Below, piece by piece: positions 48,251-56,815 of a DNA stretch of 64,000 bases. Origin of the DNA: a virus (taxonomy: Duplodnaviria; Caudoviricetes); the IMG/VR virus record IMGVR_UViG_3300028048_000099, positions 1 to 64,000 of that record; one strand, given 5' to 3'. The position numbers and the translations under genes were made by a program. The notes beneath the pieces are model-generated. The model did no database searches. It saw only the letters and a list, made by a program, of their open reading frames with translations, and was not told the origin of the DNA. Numbering within the stretch: position 1 is the stretch's first letter; each line of letters begins with the position of its first letter.

Positions 48251-49672
48251 CTATTTTATTGTCAACTTCTTATATTTAAAAGTAATCCCGCAATGGTGCG
48301 ACGTGAGAGTATCCGTAGGGACATACCCCTCATCCATGACAGACTCTGTCGCGTACATTGTGTCATCAAACCCGACAATCCCGCATCCCTCAAACGTGAG
48401 GCGGTGATACCTTTCCTTCTTGCCGGCCTGTGTGTGGATATCCATAAATATTGTGCGGCGTTTTTTTCCGAAAATTTTGCGGCGGTTGTTCTCCCACTCC
48501 TTAAGGAAAGACAGGAAGATGTCGTAATCCTCCACATCGACAAACCTGACGTCCAGCAACCTCTTGACCGGGTCTATCCTCCCGCAGACATAAAGGGGCC
48601 CGGTAAGCCCTTCCGGGGCGGACAGGTCAATGAACATCTTTATCATTCTCATCTTGTCCCGGAACGCGTGATATACGGGAAAATCGTTTCGCTGTCCGGT
48701 ATCCTCGGTCCCGATGGCGGACTGGGTCCCATCAGTCCCCGGACCCTCGGCGGGAACCACGGTTACGGGATAATCGGAACCAATCTCCTCACCCTTTTCC
48801 ACGGCAGGCTTAGGCCCGTCCTGCGCCTCGGGATGCGGGTCCGTGACGACAGCCTTCTCAAATACCGGCTCCGGCTTGTCATCCCTGTTTAACGCGTACC
48901 AGGCGCCCTCGTCGGTGAACACGGGGTCCGGCGCGGCCGGTTCCGCCTGGATATCCTCCCCGTCAGTGACAGGTTCGAGGTCGGCGTTGAGGGGATTGCT
49001 GTATACGGGTTTATCCTCCCTCGGCGCGACAGCGACGTCAGGCGTTTTTTCCGGGTCGGGCGGGACGGGCCGGGCGTTTGTCACGAAAACATCGTCCTCC
49101 CGCTTTAAGAGGTCATATATCCCCGGAAGCTCGTCATCCGGCGCGGAGGTGAGGTCATACTCGTTCTCGCCCGCCCTGTATTTGTCCAGTATGACGCTCT
49201 CAGCCTCGGGCTTTGCCGTCAACCCGGCCTCAGGAGCCGCGGATTCGGCGCCCGTCTCCTCGGGCTCCATGGTTATGGCGGAGGTGTGCGCCACCCCGTC
49301 AGGGATATCCCCGGCCTCGGCCATGGCGAAATCCTGCGGGACGGGCCGCTTGCCCCCGGCCGCCGTGTCGGGGCTCTCCACGCTCTCCGCGGCTTTCGCG
49401 GATTCCCCGAGCACGCTGTCTATGGCCTGGTCTTTAGCGGGTTTCTCGCTCTCCCTCCTGTATATTGTCTTAAGAAAGGAGAGTTTTATCTTGGAGTCCC
49501 GTATCTTGGCGAGAAGCGGCCTCTCGTTCTTCCCCCTGAGCCGTATCTCCCTCAGGGTGTCCTCCTGGCTCTCAATCTGGTTCTCAAGAGTAATGATATC
49601 GTCTTCAAGCGCCTTAAGACTGACGACGCCGTTATAGGTGTAACTTTCCGTTATTTCGTCAATAATGTTCAT
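48251..49672 (-). CDS. Hypothetical protein: coiled coil, acidic Pro/Ala linker, C-terminal beta domain
   Basis: Likely start MNIIDEITES at 49672; promoter-like TTG-N20-TATCTTTA at 49696-49726. Confidence 0.7.
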   Translation of the reverse strand: MNIIDEITESYTYNGVVSLKALEDDIITLENQIESQEDTLREIRLRGKNERPLLAKIRDSKIKLSFLKTIYRRESEKPAKDQAIDSVLGESAKAAESVESPDTAAGGKRPVPQDFAMAEAGDIPDGVAHTSAITMEPEETGAESAAPEAGLTAKPEAESVILDKYRAGENEYDLTSAPDDELPGIYDLLKREDDVFVTNARPVPPDPEKTPDVAVAPREDKPVYSNPLNADLEPVTDGEDIQAEPAAPDPVFTDEGAWYALNRDDKPEPVFEKAVVTDPHPEAQDGPKPAVEKGEEIGSDYPVTVVPAEGPGTDGTQSAIGTEDTGQRNDFPVYHAFRDKMRMIKMFIDLSAPEGLTGPLYVCGRIDPVKRLLDVRFVDVEDYDIFLSFLKEWENNRRKIFGKKRRTIFMDIHTQAGKKERYHRLTFEGCGIVGFDDTMYATESVMDEGYVPTDTLTSHHCGITFKYKKLTIK

Positions 49673-49774
49673 TTTTTTATTTTTTTTATCCGTTTTAAAG
49701 ATAAGGATAAAAAAGCGGGAAGTCAATAAAAATGGTTTGAATGACTATTTATAATGTAGTAAATGTACCGAGTT

Positions 49775-50146
49775 ATGAAAAAGACAGTGAAGAAAAATAT
49801 CAACGAGATGCGTGACCTTGTCAAGAGCATGCCTAAAACCATAAACGAGTCGCTTGACTTTAGCGGCGAGGGTGACATGTATGAGGAGGAGGAAACGCCT
49901 GAGGAAGAACCTGTTGGGATTGAGGACGAGCCTGACCAGGCGACGGCGAGCGAGCACGCGGCACAGCTTATTGACGATATCAGGAAAAAGGCGCTGAGGG
50001 CCATGGCTGACCTCGCGGACACCCCCGAGGATGAGAACTATATCATGCTTAAGAAAGTCTGGCAGATGACCGACAGGAAGCCTGAGCAGCAGCAACAGAA
50101 CCAGAACGCCCCGGTACAGGGACAAGCCGGCGTCATTCAGAGATAA
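49775..50146 (+). CDS. Small acidic late protein (INE motifs; putative head-internal)
   Basis: MKKTVKKNINEMRDLVKSMPKTINES; ACTATTTAT at 49744-49752. Confidence 0.7.
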   Translation: MKKTVKKNINEMRDLVKSMPKTINESLDFSGEGDMYEEEETPEEEPVGIEDEPDQATASEHAAQLIDDIRKKALRAMADLADTPEDENYIMLKKVWQMTDRKPEQQQQNQNAPVQGQAGVIQR

Positions 50147-50202
50147 AAAAATATTCACGGCACTATTTATTGGAAAAATAAGAGAACAAGATTAGTGATA
50201 CA

Positions 50203-50691
50203 ATGAGTGACCTTCTTACCAAAATGCCATTGACCTATGAACCGTTAAGGAATAATAGGTGGATACTTCGTTTCCCGGCGGACCTCGGAATACAGGAGTG
50301 GACGTTAGAGTCAGCCGCAAGGCCCACAATCAACCAGAAAGCTACTGAGATTGAATTTCTCAACACCTCAACCTGGGTGGTCGGAAGATACACGTGGGAT
50401 ACCGTCAAGGTGACATTCCGCGACCCTATCGGCCCGTCAACCTCCCAGGCTATAATGGAATGGGTCCGTCTGACCTCAGAGTCCGTCACCGGACGTCAGG
50501 GATACGCCATCGGCTATAAGAGGGACCTTGAACTTGAGATGCTTGACCCTACCGGGGCCGTCGTGCAGAAGTGGATTCTCAAGAACTGCTTCCTCACGGA
50601 CGTTGACTTCGGCCAGCTCAAATACAGCGACGACGGTCTCGCCACCATTGACGCGACCATCCGTCCCGACTATTGCATACTCGCTTACTAA
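50203..50691 (+). CDS. Tail tube protein (T4 gp19-like)
   Basis: YEPLRNNRWILRF; ARP; GRYTWDTVKVTFRDPI; YKRDLELEMLDPTGAVVQKWILKNCF; ACTATTTAT at 50162-50170. Confidence 0.9.
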   Translation: MSDLLTKMPLTYEPLRNNRWILRFPADLGIQEWTLESAARPTINQKATEIEFLNTSTWVVGRYTWDTVKVTFRDPIGPSTSQAIMEWVRLTSESVTGRQGYAIGYKRDLELEMLDPTGAVVQKWILKNCFLTDVDFGQLKYSDDGLATIDATIRPDYCILAY

Positions 50692-50720
50692 TCAACCTTT
50701 TTAAGACATAAAGCAAAAAC

Positions 50721-50752
50721 AAATAAGGACACCTTAGGGGTGCCCTTATTTT
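50721..50752. terminator. Bidirectional terminator between tube and peptidase genes
   Basis: AAATAAGGACACC-ttag-GGGTGCCCTTATTT. Confidence 0.7.
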
Positions 50753-51385
50753 TTAGCTGATGATTGTCCAGATTTCAAGGAACCTGTTGAAATCCTCGTA
50801 AGGCAGGACCGTGTATCCGCCGTCGCCGAAACCGGTCCCCCAGGAGTTCCTTATAATGAAACCCCTCTTGTCGTAACCGACTATTGATATCGCGTGGAAA
50901 CCGTAGAACCCGTCACGGGGCAACTTGTCCCAGAACGCGGGGCGGTCACCGTAAACGGGAAGGGCGGCGAGGCACGGCCCGTTCATCACTATGGCGGCGC
51001 GGAGGCTGTCATAGTTGCGCACCATGGCGTACTCGCCTATCTTAAGGTTCCCAACGTCGGACTTGACACCGTGGTGCCTGAGATAATGCAGGGCCTCCTT
51101 GTATGTCATGCCCTCACCGTCATTGGTCCTGATTTTATAAATCTCATGGTAATCAATCTTGTTGTCCCTCCTGGACCCGGTCTCCAGATTCTCGCGCCAG
51201 TTGAGCCAGGCCGAGACGGAACAGGGCACGCAAATCGGCTCGGAGCCCTGGTTCAGGACGCGCGGAAGGAACATCCTGTAAGAGTATGACTCCGGAAGAC
51301 GCTGGGACTCGGGGGCCCCGAACACATGCTCGGTACCGTCCATCTCGGACTTTATGAAACCGAAGTTGACGTTCTCACTTAACAT
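50753..51385 (-). CDS. Papain-like cysteine peptidase (C1)
   Basis: VLNQGSEPICV (Gln/Cys); FHAISIVGYD (His); IIRNSWGTGFGDGGY (Asn). Confidence 0.88.
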   Translation of the reverse strand: MLSENVNFGFIKSEMDGTEHVFGAPESQRLPESYSYRMFLPRVLNQGSEPICVPCSVSAWLNWRENLETGSRRDNKIDYHEIYKIRTNDGEGMTYKEALHYLRHHGVKSDVGNLKIGEYAMVRNYDSLRAAIVMNGPCLAALPVYGDRPAFWDKLPRDGFYGFHAISIVGYDKRGFIIRNSWGTGFGDGGYTVLPYEDFNRFLEIWTIIS

Positions 51386-51388
51386 GGC

Positions 51389-51766
51389 TTATTCCTCCTC
51401 CGTGACGACTTTCCTCTTTGAGACGGCGAACACGTCACCCTTGGGGGTCACTATGTAAACCATCTCTCCGTTATCATTCAACTCCTTGATAAACATGTAC
51501 CTGTCCACGACATTGCCCGTCTCGTAATCAATATAAGACCTCATTGTCCATTCCCACAGTTTCGGGGGAAGGTTGTCGGCGACGCACATGGAGTCAAGCT
51601 GGCGGGCGTCATACTCATGCCTTACCTGGTACATGTTCTGGACGGTCCCGGCGACAACCTCCACATCAGGCTTGCCCTTGTGGAAAATGCCGCGGAGAAG
51701 ACCGCAACCCGTGACCGACAGCCCGAGAAGGACCGCGACGGTCACCCTTAATAAAATGTTTCTCAT
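51389..51766 (-). CDS. Lipoprotein
   Basis: MRNILLRVTVAVLLGLSVTG-C lipobox; ACTATTTAT at 51786-51794. Confidence 0.75.
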   Translation of the reverse strand: MRNILLRVTVAVLLGLSVTGCGLLRGIFHKGKPDVEVVAGTVQNMYQVRHEYDARQLDSMCVADNLPPKLWEWTMRSYIDYETGNVVDRYMFIKELNDNGEMVYIVTPKGDVFAVSKRKVVTEEE

Positions 51767-51807
51767 GATTCAATCTGTTTTTCCCATAAATAGTCAGCTC
51801 CGGACAT

Positions 51808-51838
51808 AAAAAAATGGGAAACCTTGGAGGCTTCCCAT
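51808..51838 (-). terminator. Terminator after the tail sheath gene
   Basis: ATGGGAAGCCT...AGGTTTCCCATTTTTTT on the minus strand. Confidence 0.65.
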
Positions 51839-51858
51839 AATTCGTTATTAATCAACCA

Positions 51859-54777
51859 TTAAAGGCTCTCGTCAAATTGAACGCTCTCCGGATATACAAC
51901 GAAGCTGATGCTGATGTACTCCAACGCGGGTGTGGGCTTGATGAGAATCTTCGCGGGCAGTATGTGCTGGTCGCGGGTCTCCTCGGTGCTTTCCGTAACC
52001 ACGCGGTAATCGTAGATACCCCTGTTGGCCTTGACATCCTGGAGAATGGGCTCAACGATGGAGCGGAACTGCTTCTCAAGGGTGGCGTCGTACTGCTCAA
52101 AGATGAGGTTCCTCGCGGCCTGGGAGACAAGCTTCTTCACACGAATCATGAGTCTTGAGACATTGATTCGGTTGCGTGGCGTCTCCTGGTGGTAGAGGGT
52201 CTTGTTACCCCAGACCTTGACACCGTCAACCGCGAAGGTCTTGATGGGGTTAATCATGTTCTCGTAGAGGGTGTCCTCGTCAAGAAGCGTGGTCTTGAAA
52301 TACGCCCTGGCGCAATCCACCTCACCTCTGGTCAGACCGGCGGGTGAGAACCAAGGGAACGAGACATTGTCTGTCGCCGCCATATCCCTCACGACATCCT
52401 TTGTGGGAGGAAGGTCTATATACCTCTTGCTGTCACCGTCATAGTACTTGACCCAAGGATAGTAGGTGCAGGCGTAAGGACTGTCAATCTCGGTGTCCTC
52501 AATGAATGACGCGACATCGTCCGGTCCGTAAGCCGTCATGTCCTTGTCATACTGCGGCGCCGCCATGATGTAGAGCGCGTCACCGCCGCGGCCGTCCTCG
52601 CTGTCCTCAATGATGTCAAGAGCGTCCTCGGTGAGCAGGCTCTGGTCGTACCAGTTGATACCGGGGGTCGCGAAGAGGTTGATGTCAACATCCTCAGGGT
52701 TCGCGAACTGCATGTAACCGGCGAGATACGCGTAGTAGTCGGTGGTTATCGCGATGTTCGGGAGCTTAAGGCTTACCATGGGGTCAAGCTCGAGCTCAAA
52801 ATCACCTCCGATGGGACGGAAAATCTCCTTCTCATAATATCCGGAACCCTCTTTCTTTAGAGTGTACTTGTTACCCCTATAGTTGTTGGTGTTGGTCCTG
52901 TGGTCGCGGTTGATGTCCCAGCCGTCAAAACCACCGTAAGGATACACGGTGAACTTGCGGAGATTGATGTCCTTGTAAAGGCAATCCTCAAGATACGCGG
53001 TGGGCAGGATACGCGGGATTCGGTTGTACTTGTTCATCTGGATGGGGTCCACGGTGGTGAAAGTGAAACCTGACTGTCCGTCAACCTGCACAACCGGGGC
53101 GGTCTCCCCACTGGGGACGTCCTGTGAGGCCGTGATAATGGAGTCAAGGTGGAAACCGTTGGTCAGAATCTCAGGCTCAGCATCACCTACTCCGTCCGCA
53201 TAAGCGTCAACACCCTTATAGTTAAGGATATCGTAATCAAGAACCTCGTCATTGAGTCCGAAATACTGCCTCTTGGGTTTGACGGTGTTATCATAAACCG
53301 TATTGTAATTCATGGTCAGACCACAAACGGTACCGTATTTAGGAACGGGATAACCAAGGAATCCGCAAGGGACACAATCATCTATACCCTCTTCCCCGCT
53401 AAGCTCAATTGCCACATATTTTGACTTGTTGGGATAACTACCGTCAATGGTACCTATCTTAAGACCTACGAAGTTAGACTCACCCTCAACCATTGAGCAG
53501 TTGGTGAACTTCTCAAGGACAACCTGGGACATGTCGCTGTCATAGAAATCACGTACCACAACATCGAACAGACCCTCAACCGGACGGATTCTCTGGATTG
53601 ATATCTTGACCTGATAGTTGGCCGCGTTACCGTCACTGATTGTATACACCTTGAAAAGTTTCTTGAGGTCAATGGTCTGGGTTGAGGCCGCCTTAACCTC
53701 GGAAACAAGCCAAGGGGTTACCGCGCAACGGTAAGTTGATATGTAGTTCCAATACCTGAACTCCCTATCGGTAGTCTCGGATTCCGGGAAATAATCACAA
53801 GGGACCCGGGTTTCACCGGATGTCTCTCCGGAGGTGGTACCGGTGTCGCCGGTGGTTCCGCTCTCCTTCCCACAACCCTTTGGAATGGGGCCGAGACCGT
53901 GAATCTTATAAGGAAGTTCATACTCCTCAACATATCCAGTCTCTACGTCAGCGGTCCTTGCCGTCTCGGTATTCGCCGTCATCTTCGCGTAAATCGTATC
54001 ATAAAGCTCCTTGTAAAGAGCCATATCATACGCCGCCTCAATATAGACGGGCGCCGAACCTACGAGCGGGTCCTCGGAAAACATCTTGTAAATGTAATCC
54101 GGGTCAGACGGGTTCATGGACACGTTATAAACAACCTTATTAGCACTGTCACCCGTGACCGTGGCGTCACAATAAGTGATTTCAAGCGCGAACTTACCCA
54201 AATCCACGTTGATATTATTATTACAGTCATAACCAGCCACAGCCTTAGGGTCCTGTGTGTAACCACTTCCGGTTATCTCACAATTAGCTCCATATACATT
54301 CCCGCTGTAAGGAAGAATGTCAATATTGGTAACTATATCCTCGGGAAATTCCGAAGATTCCACACAAATACCCTGCTGGGTTGTATCTCCTGAATAAGTC
54401 TTCTTTGAACGGAGGATAACGGCGGGTAGTTTATCGTCGGCCGAGATGACCCATGCCGCGCCGGCCCAATATCCCGAGAGACCGAGGACGCGGACGACCT
54501 GGAGCTGTTTTGACTCCTCAAGGTACGCCTTCGCCACATAGGGAAGCTCGTATTTGGGGTAATTCGTGCCCTTGAACTTTATGGGAGAGGTTCCCCCGAA
54601 ATAATCGGTGAAATCCGTCCAGCTCGCGATTGAAATCGGCTGAAACGCGGGGCCCTTGAGGGTCTCGCCGGCCAGGCCGAGTGTGGTGATACCCAGACTT
54701 CTTGTGGAATAGGTTACGTCCCTCACCTCGGTGTACACGCCGGGGGAGACATGACCGCCTCTTGCATCGCTTATCAT
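51859..54777 (-). CDS. Contractile tail sheath protein
   Basis: HVSPGVYTE; GETLKGPAF; YYPWV; PWFSPAGLTRG; INPI...VWGNKTL...RINVSRL; FEQYD; ACTATTTAT at 54811-54819. Confidence 0.95.
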   Translation of the reverse strand: MISDARGGHVSPGVYTEVRDVTYSTRSLGITTLGLAGETLKGPAFQPISIASWTDFTDYFGGTSPIKFKGTNYPKYELPYVAKAYLEESKQLQVVRVLGLSGYWAGAAWVISADDKLPAVILRSKKTYSGDTTQQGICVESSEFPEDIVTNIDILPYSGNVYGANCEITGSGYTQDPKAVAGYDCNNNINVDLGKFALEITYCDATVTGDSANKVVYNVSMNPSDPDYIYKMFSEDPLVGSAPVYIEAAYDMALYKELYDTIYAKMTANTETARTADVETGYVEEYELPYKIHGLGPIPKGCGKESGTTGDTGTTSGETSGETRVPCDYFPESETTDREFRYWNYISTYRCAVTPWLVSEVKAASTQTIDLKKLFKVYTISDGNAANYQVKISIQRIRPVEGLFDVVVRDFYDSDMSQVVLEKFTNCSMVEGESNFVGLKIGTIDGSYPNKSKYVAIELSGEEGIDDCVPCGFLGYPVPKYGTVCGLTMNYNTVYDNTVKPKRQYFGLNDEVLDYDILNYKGVDAYADGVGDAEPEILTNGFHLDSIITASQDVPSGETAPVVQVDGQSGFTFTTVDPIQMNKYNRIPRILPTAYLEDCLYKDINLRKFTVYPYGGFDGWDINRDHRTNTNNYRGNKYTLKKEGSGYYEKEIFRPIGGDFELELDPMVSLKLPNIAITTDYYAYLAGYMQFANPEDVDINLFATPGINWYDQSLLTEDALDIIEDSEDGRGGDALYIMAAPQYDKDMTAYGPDDVASFIEDTEIDSPYACTYYPWVKYYDGDSKRYIDLPPTKDVVRDMAATDNVSFPWFSPAGLTRGEVDCARAYFKTTLLDEDTLYENMINPIKTFAVDGVKVWGNKTLYHQETPRNRINVSRLMIRVKKLVSQAARNLIFEQYDATLEKQFRSIVEPILQDVKANRGIYDYRVVTESTEETRDQHILPAKILIKPTPALEYISISFVVYPESVQFDESL

Positions 54778-54853
54778 CTTAAACTAATCTTTTTAACTTA
54801 TTATTTTTCTATAAATAGTGGGGAAGACCCGAAAAACGGGCGACCCTTGTTTT

Positions 54854-56047
54854 TTATTCACTGATTATCACCTCCCCCTCACCACTCTCGTCAGCGGGGT
54901 CGTAATCGGAGACTGTCTCGTCCCACGTGAAACCCTTGAGCGTGACCACGGAGCGCTTGCTCTCGGCGAATCTCGTCACCTTCGTTATCTTGACCTGGTC
55001 TCCGCGGCGGAGCTCAATGTCACAAGGGAGGACCCCCTCGTAAGCCTCGGCGACGGTCTCCCCGTTGACCTTGACCTTGTAAAACCTGACATTGACCGAG
55101 AAGGACCACTCAGCCTTGACCCTCATGTCCATGTCCATCGTGAAGGAGATGTTCCTCTCGCACGGGTCCATGTTAATGTCCAGGGCGGCCTCCCGGTACC
55201 TGTACGGCTGGTCGTTGACGCAGTCATCGGTCTCGGTGAGGATTGACTGCAACGCGGCGGGCCCGAGCCTCCCCCCGACCTCAATGTCGGCGTAACTCCC
55301 CTCACCCTCAACGTCAAAACCTATGAAGGCGAGCCTCGGGACCTCACGCACTATGAAACTGTCCTCCGTTATTATGTAAGCCCTCACCGTTATGTTGTAG
55401 GACTGGGAATAGTACTGCCTGTCGTTGATGCTGTACTCGCTGTCGTCGCTTATGTCGTTGAGTTTCATTGACACGTAGTGCCCGTTCGGCCGTATGTACG
55501 CGGTTATCGCCTTGAAACGGTCATTGACGAGGGTGTTGAACTCGTTCAGGAGCTCAAACTTGTTGGTGAAAAGGCTGACCTTGTATATGAGGTCAACCGA
55601 GAAGGGCTGTTTCATCCTGTACTCAATGAAATACTCGCGGTTGTTCTTGTCGCGGGCGGGCACCCTCCTCATAAGCCAGGTGTGCTCCCCGGGTATGTTC
55701 TTGGTCTCGCCGTTTATCGTCCCCGTCTTGGGGTTGTTCTCCCTTGTTATCGCCTTGAAGTTGAGTATCGGGTTCTGATTCTCGTCCGTGAACTTCCAGG
55801 ACTGCATGTACTCGCTGAACCTCTGGTTTGAGAAGAGGGTCATGGTGGGCAGCCTCTTGCCCTCGTAGGACATCTCAAGGCTCTCCTCAACCCATTTCCT
55901 GAACTCCCTGTCTATATCCTCATAGGTCAAGGGATTGGGAAAGGGGGTGCCGTTCTTGAGCTCCTCCTTGTCAAAGTTCAGCCTCAACTCTTTCGGGTCG
56001 GGCCTGTTGTCGTAACCCATAAAGTTCTTGAAATCCCTGCTTCCCAT
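54854..56047 (-). CDS. Putative tail terminator / neck protein with C-terminal extension
   Basis: Position between neck gene and sheath; YEDIDREF...QPFSVDLIYKVSLFT. Confidence 0.5.
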   Translation of the reverse strand: MGSRDFKNFMGYDNRPDPKELRLNFDKEELKNGTPFPNPLTYEDIDREFRKWVEESLEMSYEGKRLPTMTLFSNQRFSEYMQSWKFTDENQNPILNFKAITRENNPKTGTINGETKNIPGEHTWLMRRVPARDKNNREYFIEYRMKQPFSVDLIYKVSLFTNKFELLNEFNTLVNDRFKAITAYIRPNGHYVSMKLNDISDDSEYSINDRQYYSQSYNITVRAYIITEDSFIVREVPRLAFIGFDVEGEGSYADIEVGGRLGPAALQSILTETDDCVNDQPYRYREAALDINMDPCERNISFTMDMDMRVKAEWSFSVNVRFYKVKVNGETVAEAYEGVLPCDIELRRGDQVKITKVTRFAESKRSVVTLKGFTWDETVSDYDPADESGEGEVIISE

Positions 56048-56050
56048 CTC

Positions 56051-56599
56051 TTATCCGTTGAACTCAATGTTATCCGCGGGGGCGCACTCTATCGTCCTGT
56101 AGTACGGGGCGACGCCGTATATGGTGTTCTTGTTCGCCGTCATCCCGACCCTCCCGTCGTTCGTGACGGTGAAGAACTCCATCCTCTGGGGAGTGATTTG
56201 GACACCCACGTAATCCCCTCTCTTGATGTCTATGTCAAGCTCGTCAAAGGTTTTCAGCAACACGCTGAAAATCAGCTTTCCGGGCTTGGCGTACATTCCT
56301 TTCATCTTACTCTTCTCGTATGATTGAAGCTCAGCCTCCTGAATCTCATAGACACACGGGACCTCAACCGGCGGAAGGTAACGAATGGCGTCCTTGTCGG
56401 CCTCCTTGTAAATGTCGTTGACCTTAGTCTTTGAGAGGTCCACTTGGTACAGTATAACAGTCTGGTTCGCGTCCTGCTCCATATATTCCATGGCGAATTC
56501 CATCTCGAGATTATAGTCGTCCCTTCCGAAGAACTTGTGGTTCCTCTTGACCGGGGTTTTCCTGTGCATGGTCGTGTTCTCAAATCGTAAGTCAGCCAT
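56051..56599 (-). CDS. Putative neck / head-closure protein (gp14-like)
   Basis: QTVILYQVD....VNDIYKEA...IKRGDYV...FFTV; TATTTAT at 56625-56631. Confidence 0.6.
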   Translation of the reverse strand: MADLRFENTTMHRKTPVKRNHKFFGRDDYNLEMEFAMEYMEQDANQTVILYQVDLSKTKVNDIYKEADKDAIRYLPPVEVPCVYEIQEAELQSYEKSKMKGMYAKPGKLIFSVLLKTFDELDIDIKRGDYVGVQITPQRMEFFTVTNDGRVGMTANKNTIYGVAPYYRTIECAPADNIEFNG

Positions 56600-56815
56600 A
56601 AATAAAGCCTATTTTGTTATATAGATAAATATCTCTTTACTTGATAAAGAGACAAAATGTACTCGTACCGTAAAAATAGATAAAATAGCTATAGATAATA
56701 TATAATATTATATATAATATATCTTAAGATTTATCAGTAAGTAATGAGAATAACATTATTAACTTGCTTTATTAGGTTTTTTTTAGTATCATAATATTGA
56801 CAGATAATAAGATTA

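Noticed and set aside
33278-56599. Extracellular contractile injection system or tailocin
   Set aside because: The tail genes are interleaved with neck, replication, recombination and nucleotide-metabolism genes and homing endonucleases, as in a lytic phage.
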